DNA of 64,000 bases from Hoyosella altamirensis (GCF_014191505.1 NZ_JACHWS010000004.1:58654-122653), one strand, 5' to 3'; shown: positions 46,883-57,310, counted from the first letter of the stretch. Made by a program: numbers and translations. Notes: generated from the letters alone by a model not told the origin.

Positions 46883-48117
46883 CAGCGTCCCGCGAGGACT
46901 GTGCGCCGCCAGCCTTCGTCTAGTGCGGGAACCCACGCAGTTTCGAGTTCCGGACGCGCGTTTCGGGAAAGGTCCTCGTAGGCCGGAACGACCGGTGACT
47001 CTGGCAGCGCATCGAAAAGGGCGCGGTCTTCGTCGCTCAACCGATCTGAGTCGAGGACGGTGAACTGTCCCCACACATCCGGTTTCGCCTTCTCGAGTTG
47101 TTGCTGCGGCGACAGGGCGATGTTCGCGACGACACGGGCCCCGGCCGAGTTACCGGAGGTCGACGGTACGGCGAGGAAGCTGGCGTTGCCGACGGTACCT
47201 TCATCGAGAAGCAGTACCCGCGTGGTTTCTGGGAACGTTCCGCGCGCCACAAGATCCGTGAGGGTCGCCGGACCATACGTCATCGTCATGTCGACCTGGC
47301 CGTCCGCAAAGAGCTGGTTCAGCTCCTCGACGCTCTGTGGGTAGGTGCGCCCTGATCTCCAGAGGGCGGGAGCGAGGTCATTGAGAGCGTCAAACAAGGG
47401 CCCGCTGTGCTGCTCATACGCCTCATCGCTGTACTCGAGCGGCACGTCACTGGCGACTCGGGTGAGGACTTCCCGGATGAAGACCGACCCCGTGAAGTCC
47501 GGGGGCGCGGGGTATGTGAACCGGCCTGGATTGTCTTCCGCCCATTGAAGGACGCCTTCCAATGTGGCTGGCGGGTCGGGGATCGCCGCTTCGTTGTAGA
47601 CGAGCGTGAACTGCGCCTTGTGCCACGGCGCTTCACAGCCATCCACTGGTGTACCGAAGTCGGACAGCAACAACGGATCCTCCGGATCGGTGTACTGCAT
47701 GTTCGGCAGCTGGTCAGTCCAATTGCACAGCCACGCGCCAGCCTGCTTCCCGGTTGCGAAGTTATCGCCATTCACCCACACGAGGTCGACGTCACCGTCG
47801 GTGATGCCTGCCTGACGTTCAGCAAGGATCCGATTGACTGCCTCTCCGGTGTCGGCGACCGGGACGCGCCGCAGGGTCACTCCAGCCTCTGCTGCTGCCG
47901 GTGCCAGAACAGAATCGACGTAGCGGTTACCTTGCTCGTCCCCGCCCCACATCCACAGCGAGACTGTCTGGCCGACTGCCGCCTCTTCGACCTCCGTCCA
48001 GGTTGTTTCAGCTGGTTCCGGGGCATCCGGAGAGGGTGCTGAACACCCAGCGAGAGCCATCACAGCGGCCACTGCCACAGCGCCAAGCGGGCGCCCGATC
48101 CGTCTCGCTGCCATCAC
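46882..48117 (-). CDS. ABC transporter periplasmic substrate-binding lipoprotein (family-1 SBP; iron(III)/polyamine/thiamine-type)
   Basis: Signal plus lipobox LAGCSAP. 411 aa, family-1 fold. Confidence 0.75.
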   Translation of the reverse strand: MMAARRIGRPLGAVAVAAVMALAGCSAPSPDAPEPAETTWTEVEEAAVGQTVSLWMWGGDEQGNRYVDSVLAPAAAEAGVTLRRVPVADTGEAVNRILAERQAGITDGDVDLVWVNGDNFATGKQAGAWLCNWTDQLPNMQYTDPEDPLLLSDFGTPVDGCEAPWHKAQFTLVYNEAAIPDPPATLEGVLQWAEDNPGRFTYPAPPDFTGSVFIREVLTRVASDVPLEYSDEAYEQHSGPLFDALNDLAPALWRSGRTYPQSVEELNQLFADGQVDMTMTYGPATLTDLVARGTFPETTRVLLLDEGTVGNASFLAVPSTSGNSAGARVVANIALSPQQQLEKAKPDVWGQFTVLDSDRLSDEDRALFDALPESPVVPAYEDLSRNARPELETAWVPALDEGWRRTVLAGR

Positions 48118-48231
48118 ATCTCCCTCATTCAGAGTTCGAAGTTTCGCACAGTTTCTGGCCGCTTCGTGGCGGTACCAGACTGCAGCGGGAACACTGGTGG
48201 TGACTCAAAGCCTTCCTGACGTGACAGCTTT

Positions 48232-48942
48232 GTGACCACCAGCTCTGATGGAGGTTCTGTGCACCAGGACGAGACCGGCCGGAAGTTCTTCACTCCCTTG
48301 GTGAAGCTCGCGGTGCTTGCGTGCATCATCATCGTGGGAGCATTAGCCGCGATCATCATCGACGTCCCAACTGTCGCGGAAGTTCGTTCCCAGGTCGCCA
48401 GCGCAGGATTGCTGGGTGCGCTAGTTTTCGTGCTTGTTTACGCGGCGCTGAGTTCGATCCCCTCACCGGCGAGTGTCTTGAGTATTGCCAGCGGTGTGCT
48501 GTTCGGGTTCGTTGGCGGAGCCGCCGTAGTGTTTGTGGGCGCGATGATGGCGGCGACCGTTTCCTATCTGCTCGGCAAATATCTGGGTGCGGAAGCTGTA
48601 GTCCGTTACGGCGGTACGAGAACCAGACGTGTTGTCCATTTCTTGCGCAGACGCGGATTTGTGGCTGTCTTGCTCGTGCGTCTTGTACCGCTGTTTCCGT
48701 TCTGGCTCGTGAACTATGCCGGTGGGATCAGCGGAATCAAGGCGCGCGACTATTTCCTTGGCACTGCGCTCGGCATTGTTCCGGGCGTGCTCAGCTACGT
48801 CGCTCTTGGCGCATTCGGAACCCAGCCGCTCTCATGGCCGTTCGCGGCCGCTATCGCGGCGTTTGTCCTTTTGACCGCGGGGGGTGCCTACTACGCTCGA
48901 CGCATGAGAAATGCCGAGCCGGAGCTCGCTGATCGTGTTTGA
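48232..48942 (+). CDS. TVP38/TMEM64 (DedA-superfamily) membrane protein
   Basis: 236 aa with about 6 TM segments and a conserved G-rich core (VLFGFVGGAAVVFVGAMMAATVSYLLGKYLG). Confidence 0.65.
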   Translation: MTTSSDGGSVHQDETGRKFFTPLVKLAVLACIIIVGALAAIIIDVPTVAEVRSQVASAGLLGALVFVLVYAALSSIPSPASVLSIASGVLFGFVGGAAVVFVGAMMAATVSYLLGKYLGAEAVVRYGGTRTRRVVHFLRRRGFVAVLLVRLVPLFPFWLVNYAGGISGIKARDYFLGTALGIVPGVLSYVALGAFGTQPLSWPFAAAIAAFVLLTAGGAYYARRMRNAEPELADRV

Positions 48943-49546
48943 CGCGCCACTGCGCAGGGTTCTCGAAGCCCCGCTCGCGCGCGTTGCTGCGGCGATGGAC
49001 AAACGCTGGGTCACGCCGGATCGGCTGACGACATCTGGACTGGTCCTCGGGCTGGGCAGTGCGGTGACTGCCGGGCTGCAGTGGTGGTACATCGCATTGG
49101 TGCTGTGGCTGCTGTCCAGGTGTGCCGATGGCCTAGATGGGCCCCTGGCGCGTCACCGCCAGGCGCAGTCCGGTGCCGGTGGCTTCTACGACATCACTGC
49201 TGATTTCATCGTGTACGGAAGCACCGTCGTTGGCGTTGCCGTGGGTGTCTCGGCTGCATTCGGTGCGCCTCAGTGGCCATTTCTGCTCGTGTTGCTCGCC
49301 TATTACATCAACGGGGCAGCGTTTCTCGCGTTTTCGTCGATCGCAGAGAAGACTGGCCGGACGCTTGATGATGGAAGGTCGCTATCGTTTCTGGGTGGCC
49401 TAGCCGAAGGCGCCGAAACGGTGCTTGTGCATAGTCTTTGGCTGCTGTTTCCGATGTTCGGATGGCAGATAGCGCTGGTGTGGTCAGTTGTTGTTGGGGT
49501 GAGTGCGGCGCAGCGGATCGTTGGGGGATATCGGGCGCTGAGCTAG
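48911..49546 (+). CDS. CDP-alcohol phosphatidyltransferase family protein
   Basis: DG(x)2AR(x)8G(x)3D(x)3D-like motif (DGLDGPLARHRQAQSGAGGFYDITAD). About 5 TM segments. Confidence 0.6.
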   Translation: MPSRSSLIVFDAPLRRVLEAPLARVAAAMDKRWVTPDRLTTSGLVLGLGSAVTAGLQWWYIALVLWLLSRCADGLDGPLARHRQAQSGAGGFYDITADFIVYGSTVVGVAVGVSAAFGAPQWPFLLVLLAYYINGAAFLAFSSIAEKTGRTLDDGRSLSFLGGLAEGAETVLVHSLWLLFPMFGWQIALVWSVVVGVSAAQRIVGGYRALS

Positions 49547-49568
49547 CCCCGGTCGCTACTCTGCTGAG

Positions 49569-49874
49569 ATGCGAAGCTACCGCGAGTGTTCGATTGGGAA
49601 CCGTTACATCTTGGTCCTCGACCATCGAACGCTCGAGGTCTTCGATAGACAGTCCGAGGGGAGTTCTCCGCAGCGTTGGCACGTGAGCCACGTGGGAGTG
49701 GAGGCACAGCCTGAGGCGCAGGGTCTGCTGGTACGGATCGGGTTGCGAACTGAGGACGGAAAGATCAGCGGTCAGGGGAGCTACGCTGAGATTCACGTCA
49801 CGGCTGGTGAGAAGGCATCGGTACACCACTTCTTTGACGCGGTGCGCGCGGCGCGGGACATATCCGCCGACTGA
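49569..49874 (+). CDS. Hypothetical small protein
   Basis: 101-aa ORF with no motif. Confidence 0.3.
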   Translation: MRSYRECSIGNRYILVLDHRTLEVFDRQSEGSSPQRWHVSHVGVEAQPEAQGLLVRIGLRTEDGKISGQGSYAEIHVTAGEKASVHHFFDAVRAARDISAD

Positions 49875-49910
49875 CGGGGGGAGTCGGCGGATGTACCCCC
49901 GTAGCCCGCG

Positions 49911-50201
49911 CTATCGACGCGGGTGCGCTTTGCGGACCACTGGAATCAGTAGCAGCCCGACGACGAGGCCAAACAGGATGTGTTCGGCGATGAAGGTGGG
50001 GTAGCCAACCATGGTCGGCATGTCGCGAATCGGATCTCCGCCACCGAGGATCGAGGCGGTGAGGGGCAGCAGCACCCAGGAACTCACGACGAAGACGAGG
50101 AACCCGTACACCGCGCCTGCGACTGCCCCCGCCACCCCCCAACGGGTCCAGTTCGAGGTTTGGACTGCGTGACCTGAAGCATTGGCTGCGCTCGTGCTCA
50201 T
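49911..50201 (-). CDS. Hypothetical small membrane protein (2 TM)
   Basis: 96-aa ORF with two hydrophobic helices. Confidence 0.35.
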   Translation of the reverse strand: MSTSAANASGHAVQTSNWTRWGVAGAVAGAVYGFLVFVVSSWVLLPLTASILGGGDPIRDMPTMVGYPTFIAEHILFGLVVGLLLIPVVRKAHPRR

Positions 50202-50321
50202 GTTTATCTCCTTGGTTCAGGCGTCCAGGTCAGCTGACTGCTGATAAATGGAGCCGGTATCCGTACGTGGAGGCAACCCGGTGGCAGGAACGAGGCATTC
50301 CCGAAATTGCGAGGAATGTCC

Positions 50322-51770
50322 CTAATGCCGGTGCGGCCGCAGGCGCAGCCACATACTTCTTGCGCTCGTGAGTCCCCGGATCACACGCCGCGCTGACCGT
50401 GCATTGAGCTGCTCGCGGGTATCCGCGATCGCCGCGTTCCATGCGCCGTCGGAGAACGTGGGGTAGGGATGGATCGTGCCGGCGAGTTCACGCCCGCGCA
50501 GGCCTAGCCGGATCGCTAATGTCAGCTCTCCGATGGTTTCCCCGGCACGTGGGCTGACCACCGTGGCCCCGACTATGCGACCTTTCCGATCGAAATGGAG
50601 CCGCGAAAAGCCGCGTCGTTCGTCCTCGGTCACCGCGCGATCAAGGTGATCATGTGTGATCGTCTGCTGCCGAGTTCCGTGAGCTGCGCTGGTGTTGCCC
50701 ACAGAGGCAACCTCGGGGTCGGTGAAGGTCACTCGCGGGATCGCCGAAGTCGTTGCTTTGCGACGTAATCCGAGAATCGCATTGCTCGCGGCGATGCTCG
50801 CAAAAGCGCCGGCGGTGTGCGTGAATTGCGGCAACGGCGTGACATCTCCGGCAGCCCAGATTCGCGGATTCGATGTTCGCATCGAACGATCGACGACAAT
50901 GCGTCCCTGCTCATCGACAGCCACGCCGACGTGCTCGAGGCCAAGCTTGGCTGTTCGCGCGCGGCGCCCCACAGCGATAAGGAGCTGATCGAACTCGACG
51001 CGGGTGCCGTCGGCGAGGACAGCAGTGTTTCCAGGGACTCCGGGGTTGTTTCCAGTCACCTCCGTGAGCGCACGCCCAGTCAGTATGTTCACACCGTCTT
51101 GTCTCAGTGAATCAGCGATGATTGCCGCGGCATCCGGAGATTCCGCTGGGAGAATCTGGTCAGTGGCTTCGACCAGTGTCACCGAAGAACCCAGTCGGGC
51201 GAAAGCCTGCCCGAGTTCGCAGCCGACGCTTCCACCGCCGAGGACGAGGAGTCGGGACGGGAGATCACGGAGATCCCAGATCGTTTCACTGGTCACGAAG
51301 TCACGCAGACCGGGAATACCGGGAACGATGGGTGATGCGCCCGTAGCAATGACCGCCTGGCGGTACGCCACACGGTCACCACCTATCGCAGCTTTTCCGT
51401 CGCTGATGAACGTCACGGCGCCCTTCACAACGTGAATCCCTTCCGCCTGCAGCGTTTCTGGGGCATCGACTGGCTCGATTGTGCGGATTGCTGTGTCGAT
51501 GTGGCGTCTGACCGCGGCGAAGTCAACCGTCACGGACTCGGCATGCACGCCCAGGGCGGCCGATTTTCGGATACCAGCACGGTGATGAGCTGCGGCGAGC
51601 AGCGATTTTGAGGGGACACAACCGGTCCACAAGCAGTCGCCGCCGGGACGTTCGTGTTCGGCCAGGAGGACAGATGCACCAAGCTTGACGGCGGTCTTCG
51701 CTGCCACGATCCCTGCTGATCCGCCGCCGACCACGAGCAGATCCCACACCTTGGTTTCCACGTTCTTCAC
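50322..51770 (-). CDS. FAD-dependent pyridine nucleotide-disulfide oxidoreductase (dihydrolipoyl dehydrogenase / mercuric-reductase / mycothione-reductase family)
   Basis: GGGSAG FAD motif, redox-active CxxxxC (GGDCLWTGCVPSK) and a C-terminal dimerisation domain with HPT. Confidence 0.75.
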   Translation of the reverse strand: MKNVETKVWDLLVVGGGSAGIVAAKTAVKLGASVLLAEHERPGGDCLWTGCVPSKSLLAAAHHRAGIRKSAALGVHAESVTVDFAAVRRHIDTAIRTIEPVDAPETLQAEGIHVVKGAVTFISDGKAAIGGDRVAYRQAVIATGASPIVPGIPGLRDFVTSETIWDLRDLPSRLLVLGGGSVGCELGQAFARLGSSVTLVEATDQILPAESPDAAAIIADSLRQDGVNILTGRALTEVTGNNPGVPGNTAVLADGTRVEFDQLLIAVGRRARTAKLGLEHVGVAVDEQGRIVVDRSMRTSNPRIWAAGDVTPLPQFTHTAGAFASIAASNAILGLRRKATTSAIPRVTFTDPEVASVGNTSAAHGTRQQTITHDHLDRAVTEDERRGFSRLHFDRKGRIVGATVVSPRAGETIGELTLAIRLGLRGRELAGTIHPYPTFSDGAWNAAIADTREQLNARSARRVIRGLTSARSMWLRLRPHRH

Positions 51771-51895
51771 TACCGAATTCTCCTCGTGTCAAGCGGGTGA
51801 GCGGTTTGTGCATGTGCTGTAAGGATTCTTCCCCCGGAAGCGTGGACTCGGCTAACGTTCGGGCACAGACCTGAGGAACTGGGTAGGTGCTGTGA

Positions 51896-52570
51896 ATGCT
51901 TCCCAACTCGAGGAGAACGATGGCGCCAGACAAATTCTTGGGCCAGACGAAATACACGATGTCGGCACGGGTATACGACGCAATCTCGGCGGAGTGGCCG
52001 GTCTATCGGGCGGGCAGGATAGCTGCGGTCGAGATGCTTCGGATCCAGCCGGGGATGAAGGTTCTTGATATCGGCTGCGGAACCGGACTGAATCTCCCTT
52101 TAGTCACCCGAAAGATTGGTCCGCACGGGGTTTACGTGGGGCTCGACAGGAGCCCTGAGATGCTGGAACAGGCGCAGCGCAAAGCCTCGCGGCAGGAGCT
52201 CAGTAACGTCTCGCTGCTGGAGGCTGATGCAATGGAAGTGACGTCAGATGAACTCACTCACGCTATCGATGGCGCAGCCTTTGACGCCGTCATCGCCACC
52301 TACGCGCTGTCACTGATGCGCGAACCGCGTGCGGGATTCGAAGTCGCGGTAGCCGCATCACGGTCCGGTGCCCGGATCGCTGTTGCTGATATGCAGCTTC
52401 CCAATGGGCTCGCGAGGGTCTTTGCCCCATTGGCTCGCCTCGCCTGCTACCTCGGTGGCGCGGACATCACAGCCCGGCCTTGGACGCTCGTGGAGGAACG
52501 ATGCGTTGATGTGGAAGCGGCAAGTTTGCGGGGCGGTCACATTCAAGTCCGCGCGGGCAGAGTCGATTAG
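51896..52570 (+). CDS. Class I SAM-dependent methyltransferase
   Basis: Motif I VLDIGCGTG. Confidence 0.75.
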   Translation: MLPNSRRTMAPDKFLGQTKYTMSARVYDAISAEWPVYRAGRIAAVEMLRIQPGMKVLDIGCGTGLNLPLVTRKIGPHGVYVGLDRSPEMLEQAQRKASRQELSNVSLLEADAMEVTSDELTHAIDGAAFDAVIATYALSLMREPRAGFEVAVAASRSGARIAVADMQLPNGLARVFAPLARLACYLGGADITARPWTLVEERCVDVEAASLRGGHIQVRAGRVD

Positions 52571-52575
52571 GCTGG

Positions 52576-52869
52576 TCAATTGTTTGGGAATTCGCGCGGA
52601 TCACGGACCGTGAGATCGTCAAGGAAACCGTGGACCCGCTGCACGGTGGCCGCATCGGGCAGCGTTCGCTGAGCCCAATTGTCAAGGAGGCTCCGCAGGC
52701 GGCGGTGTTCCTCAGCAAGAGCCCAGCACTTGTCGCATTGGGCGAGGTGCGCTTCCAGTCTCTGAATGTCACTGGGACCCAATGGTGAGGCGGCGTCAGC
52801 GTCAAGATAATGCTGTATTCGTTTCGCAGACCAGTGGCAGGTGACCATCGTCCGAAGCATCCCGATCAC
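52576..52869 (-). CDS. Zinc-finger (ZAS-type, HxxxCxxC) anti-sigma factor
   Basis: 97 aa with the HLAQCDKC motif. Overlaps the stop of the upstream ECF sigma gene. Confidence 0.55.
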   Translation of the reverse strand: MIGMLRTMVTCHWSAKRIQHYLDADAASPLGPSDIQRLEAHLAQCDKCWALAEEHRRLRSLLDNWAQRTLPDAATVQRVHGFLDDLTVRDPREFPNN

Positions 52870-53357
52870 GCTGCACCCCCTTGCCTGACCAGTCCTCGTG
52901 ACCGCAATGCTTTGCGCATCCGGTCTCTAGCTCGGCTCAACCTGGACATGACGGTCCCCACCGGTACCCCGAGGGTTTCGGCCGCCTCCGCATACGTCAG
53001 TTTATTTACGTCGATGAGCAGCAAGGTGGTGCGGAATACCGGATCGAGGCCGCTGAGCGCAGCATCGACTTCCGCGCTGAGGGTGTTGTCTATGAACGTG
53101 TCCTCAGGAGATTCGCTCGGCCGTGCACCGAACGCTGGCCGAGCGCGTGTCGCACCTGCCGGATCCTCGATGATGTCGGGTCTCATTCGACGGTGCATGC
53201 TGGAGTGCGTGTGGCGCAGAATCGTGAAGAGCCACGCGCGTGGATACCTGCCATCAAACTGCTCTACAGCACGCCACGCCCGGATCAGGGTCTCTTGTAC
53301 GAGGTCTTCGGCATCAATCGCATTGCCGGTGAGCGTGCGCCCCACGCGGAGTAGCAC
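52866..53357 (-). CDS. ECF-subfamily RNA polymerase sigma-70 factor
   Basis: Region 2 (DAEDLVQETLIRAWR) and region 4 HTH (YAEAAETLGVPVGTVMSRLSRAR). Confidence 0.75.
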   Translation of the reverse strand: MLLRVGRTLTGNAIDAEDLVQETLIRAWRAVEQFDGRYPRAWLFTILRHTHSSMHRRMRPDIIEDPAGATRARPAFGARPSESPEDTFIDNTLSAEVDAALSGLDPVFRTTLLLIDVNKLTYAEAAETLGVPVGTVMSRLSRARDRMRKALRSRGLVRQGGAA

Positions 53358-53750
53358 CTCAATCTCGGGGTTCGACGTAGGCGCGGAAGGCCGCTGCCTG
53401 CGGCGGGTCAGTAGCCATGACGGAACCTCGGGCGCCGTTCACCGGCGTCTTTCACCACACCAGCGGTGCTTTCCGAGAGTGCCATGGTTACCTTTCGGGC
53501 ATTCGGCGTAGTCGGTACATCGGTCACGCTATGCAGGGTGGGCAATGCGCACAGCGTGACTGTCACCGAAGTGACAATGTCGCGGTGCAAGCAAAATCCG
53601 GTTAAACCGGGCACGATGGCCGTATGGGGATTTCGGGCATCACCGCTGGTTCGTTAGTCGGGCAGCAGCGCTGCTGGGGAGCGACCCGGAGGCCGATGCC
53701 GCACTCCGGCATGCGGCCTGGGTAACTCGCTGCGTCGGCAGGGGGACCTG

Positions 53751-54362
53751 GTGCCTCTGCGGCCGGATGACGTCGACGCGTTGGCGGCTCGCATACAGGC
53801 TCGCTCCTACGATTTCGCGGAACGCATCTTCACTGGTGGAGAGGCTTCGGCCGGGGTCTGGATTGTGAAGAGTGGCCGCGTCGAGCTGACTGTCGGATCA
53901 GGCAAGCGGCGAGTGGTGGTGCAGATTCTGCGTGGTGGGGACGTTGACGGGGATGTGCAGCATTTCCTCGGACACCCGATGCCGTACTCGGCCCACGCGC
54001 TCGGAGACGCGACGCTGCTATTTCTCGGGGTCAGGGACTTCGAAGATCTACTTTCCCGGCACCCGACGGTGGCGCGCCGCTGGCTGCAGACCGTCGCGCA
54101 GCGTGTTGCGACCAGCCAGGACCGGATCATCGGCCTCCTGGGGTGCGGGATGGTCGAACAGGTAGCACGGATGCTGATCGATGAAGCGGTCGATGGCGTC
54201 GTCGAACTACCGCAGAAGACGCTCGCGGCGATGCTCGGCGTGCAGCGGCAGTCACTGAATCGCGTCTTGAAGAAGTTTGAGCGGGCGGGCTTCGTTAGGG
54301 TCCGTTACAGCGCTGTAGACATACTGAACATGCACGGACTCGCCGCCGCGGTGACGGCCTGA
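53751..54362 (+). CDS. Crp/Fnr-family transcriptional regulator (cNMP-binding plus HTH)
   Basis: cNMP-binding beta-roll then C-terminal HTH (QKTLAAMLGVQRQSLNRVLKKFERAG). Confidence 0.75.
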   Translation: MPLRPDDVDALAARIQARSYDFAERIFTGGEASAGVWIVKSGRVELTVGSGKRRVVVQILRGGDVDGDVQHFLGHPMPYSAHALGDATLLFLGVRDFEDLLSRHPTVARRWLQTVAQRVATSQDRIIGLLGCGMVEQVARMLIDEAVDGVVELPQKTLAAMLGVQRQSLNRVLKKFERAGFVRVRYSAVDILNMHGLAAAVTA

Positions 54363-54373
54363 GGTACCGGGGC

Positions 54374-55141
54374 TCAGCGGCCGGTGAGGCTGGTGTGCAT
54401 TTCCCAGATCAACACTTCAGCGTCGTTGGTGGTGCTGATCCGATGACCTCCGGTGCTGGTCAGCCGCACTGAATCTCCGGGGCCCAGATCGCCGATACTT
54501 TCCATATTTGCGCTGCCTCTGGCGACGTGCACGTGGACGTACGGCGCGTCAGGCACCACGATGGGGTAGCCCGGCTGCAGCCTGGAAATGTGTAGCGCGG
54601 CGTTCCGGTTGCGTATGCGAAGCGCGGAGCCGTGGCGGTATTTTGGCATGCCGGATGCCACGGGGACCAGGCTCCCGCTCGCGAGGTCGGTGTCGATTTC
54701 GGTTTGGTCGTAATCGGGCGGATCGCCGGTCTCGTCGGGGAGGACCCACATCTGAATGAAGTGGACGGGGTTGTCGTGCCTGGGGCCGGCGAGACGCCAC
54801 GAATCGTTGCGTTCGGAGTGCATGATGCCGGTGCCGCTGCTCATGCGTTGCGCGAGGCCAGGGTAGACCACGCCCGCGTGCCCCATGGAGTCTTGGTGCA
54901 ATAGCGACCCCTCGAGCACCCAGGTCAGGATTTCCATGTTCTGGTGCGGGTGGGTGTCGAACCCGGAACCGGCGGTGACGAGTTCTTCATTGTTGACCAG
55001 GAGGACGCCGTGATGCGTGTTCTCAGGGTTGTAGTGCGGGCCGAACGAGAAGGAGTGGCGGGATTCGAGCCACGAGACGTGCGTGCGGGGTCGGGCGCTC
55101 GACGGGACGACCTCCGCCCGTGGGGGATTCAAGATGCGCAC
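54374..55141 (-). CDS. Pirin-family protein (cupin)
   Basis: HPHQNMEILTWVLEGS pirin N-terminal cupin motif. Confidence 0.85.
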   Translation of the reverse strand: MRILNPPRAEVVPSSARPRTHVSWLESRHSFSFGPHYNPENTHHGVLLVNNEELVTAGSGFDTHPHQNMEILTWVLEGSLLHQDSMGHAGVVYPGLAQRMSSGTGIMHSERNDSWRLAGPRHDNPVHFIQMWVLPDETGDPPDYDQTEIDTDLASGSLVPVASGMPKYRHGSALRIRNRNAALHISRLQPGYPIVVPDAPYVHVHVARGSANMESIGDLGPGDSVRLTSTGGHRISTTNDAEVLIWEMHTSLTGR

Positions 55142-55309
55142 GAACCGTCACCTCCTGCCCCTGCCGATTTCGCCGGAGTCAAAGTTAAATGCATGCTACT
55201 GGCAATGTCCGGTTCACGCTCGCGAATAATCGTGTGCTGTGACGGGAGCAACGTGCGGAGTGGTCGTCGTGAGCGGTGTATCGCGCGGGAGGGGCTTAGA
55301 ATCGGCGGC

Positions 55310-56164
55310 GTGGAGCACTCGGAATCGTTCTTTCGCGGCGTATACGGCACTCGGATCAACTACAGCGTGTGGAAGCCGGATCGGGATCCGGTCGGCATTC
55401 TTGTCATTTCGCACGGGCTCGGCGAGCACGCCGAACGCTATGCGCATGTAGCTGAAGAGTTTACCCGGCTCGGCCTGGTCGTATATGCGCCTGACCACCG
55501 CGGGCACGGGCGCTCGGGTGGCCGCCGCCTGGGGCTGCGGACGTGGCGGGACTACACCGCGGACCTCCACACGATGTTCGCGATCGCGCGGCGGCATCAC
55601 ACCGGTGTGCCTGCAGTGCTACTAGGGCACAGCATGGGCGGTACCATCGCGCTGACTTATGCACTGGACCATCCAGAGGGACTCTCCGCGGTCATTCTGT
55701 CCGCCCCGGCCATCCAGCTCGCGACTGGCACGCCAAAGCTCATCGTCGCCCTCGGCAAAACGCTCGGACGCTACCTGCCGTTCGTCCCTGTCGAGAAGAT
55801 CTCAGCCGACGATGTTTCCCGTGATCCGGTGGTCGTCGAGCAGTACAAGAACGATCCCCTCGTTCACCACAGCTTTGTGCCCGCGGGACTCGCCCGTCAT
55901 CTCGTTCTCACAATGGAAGCACTGCCACTGCGCCTCAGCCGGCTCCGCGTGCCGCTGCTGGTATTGCACGGCAGCGAGGACAAACTGACGGCTGTGGCAG
56001 GCAGCCGATCGGTGCCGGACTTGATTTCGGAGACCGACTGCACCCTGCACGTCTACAGCGGCCTCTACCACGAACTATTCAATGAGCCTGAGAAGAAGCA
56101 AGTACTCGATGACGTCATCGAGTGGCTGGAACCGAGGCTCTCAAAGGCGCAAACGCCGAGCTGA
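55310..56164 (+). CDS. Monoacylglycerol lipase / lysophospholipase (alpha/beta hydrolase, Rv0183-like)
   Basis: HGLGEHAERY...HRGHGRSGG...GHSMGG. The track ORF starts at 54944 inside the pirin gene, so I chose the GTG at 55310 (ATG at 55205 is an alternative). Confidence 0.8.
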   Translation: MEHSESFFRGVYGTRINYSVWKPDRDPVGILVISHGLGEHAERYAHVAEEFTRLGLVVYAPDHRGHGRSGGRRLGLRTWRDYTADLHTMFAIARRHHTGVPAVLLGHSMGGTIALTYALDHPEGLSAVILSAPAIQLATGTPKLIVALGKTLGRYLPFVPVEKISADDVSRDPVVVEQYKNDPLVHHSFVPAGLARHLVLTMEALPLRLSRLRVPLLVLHGSEDKLTAVAGSRSVPDLISETDCTLHVYSGLYHELFNEPEKKQVLDDVIEWLEPRLSKAQTPS

Positions 56165-56168
56165 GAAA

Positions 56169-57206
56169 CTAGCTGAACAGTTCGCGCACCTGCTCGGAAT
56201 TGACGAAAGGTTCGAACTGGCGCCGGACGAAATTCTCGAGCATGCCGTTCTCTGAGATGACGCCGATGATCGGGGGAGCGAACCGGAGCGCTTCCTCGAT
56301 CATGTCCTCGCGGCTGACTCCGACCTCGTCGAGGATTTCGGCGAGAGTCTGGTCGGAGTACTTTTCGAAGAAGAACCCGATACCTTCGCTCACGATCGCT
56401 TTGAAGTAGGACGTCTTGCGGAAATCGCGCCAGAATTCGAACGCAAGAATAAGGAAGTCTTCGATATCTTCCGAGGTGATGGCAGAGCCCAGCGAACTCA
56501 GTGAACTGTGAGCGTGCTCGTCCCAGAGTTCCATCGCCGCCGCAACGATAGATTCAGGTGTCTCCTCATCGCTGAGGCTGTGACTGTGCGCGACAAGGTA
56601 GTGAGTGATCCGCTCCGTCACTTCCCGAAAACGCACGTCGACGATCTGAGGCAGCGAAGGCGCGAGTCGACTGCTGATTGACCCGGTCAGACGCAGCAGC
56701 GTCCCGACGCCGGGGATATTGTCCGCGAGAGCTCTGTTCCGGCGCAGTGAGTCGACAGCCACGTGGTAGACAAACCATGCTGCCAGCTGGGCGCTGACCG
56801 GGCTGTGATAAACCCGGTCAACCACGCGGTGGAAAGCAGGCATCGTGGCGATCTTCTCGGAGAGTTCCGCGACGCTGTCCTCTGGCACCACGTCACTGAG
56901 CTCCTCGCCCACCTGCCCGAGCGTCCGGATATGGACACGATGCGCGATTTCACCCGCGAGTTCGGGGATTGCCCCAGCGATGCGCCAGTCGCTCGCGTAC
57001 TTTAGCGCCACCGCCACGACCTGCTCCTGCGTGACGACATCACCGAGGGTGAGTCGCCGCGCCGACTCCAGTCCGTAGTCAACCTCACGCTCCACGGCGG
57101 CGACGAACCTGTCGCCTGATAGTTCAGTCATCACATACTTCGTGAGCGCGTCGAGGAGTTTAGCCTGTTCGCTGGATCCGGTTGGTCCTGATTCTGCGGG
57201 GGTCAC
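56169..57206 (-). CDS. Conserved hypothetical protein (Rv0184-like neighbour of the monoacylglycerol lipase)
   Basis: 345-aa ORF with no catalytic motif. Confidence 0.5.
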   Translation of the reverse strand: MTPAESGPTGSSEQAKLLDALTKYVMTELSGDRFVAAVEREVDYGLESARRLTLGDVVTQEQVVAVALKYASDWRIAGAIPELAGEIAHRVHIRTLGQVGEELSDVVPEDSVAELSEKIATMPAFHRVVDRVYHSPVSAQLAAWFVYHVAVDSLRRNRALADNIPGVGTLLRLTGSISSRLAPSLPQIVDVRFREVTERITHYLVAHSHSLSDEETPESIVAAAMELWDEHAHSSLSSLGSAITSEDIEDFLILAFEFWRDFRKTSYFKAIVSEGIGFFFEKYSDQTLAEILDEVGVSREDMIEEALRFAPPIIGVISENGMLENFVRRQFEPFVNSEQVRELFS

Positions 57207-57310
57207 GCTTGACAGGATAGAAGCGTCGCGGCCGTACGTCTTGCTGGGATTCCGCTAAGAATCGTGGCCCTCGCTGCGGAGGCTGCCAATCTGCGGGCAC
57301 AATCGGGGCT

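Noticed and set aside
54944-55309. N-terminal extension of the monoacylglycerol lipase ORF
   Set aside because: It overlaps the pirin gene on the opposite strand. Homology to Rv0183-type lipases begins near the GTG at 55310.
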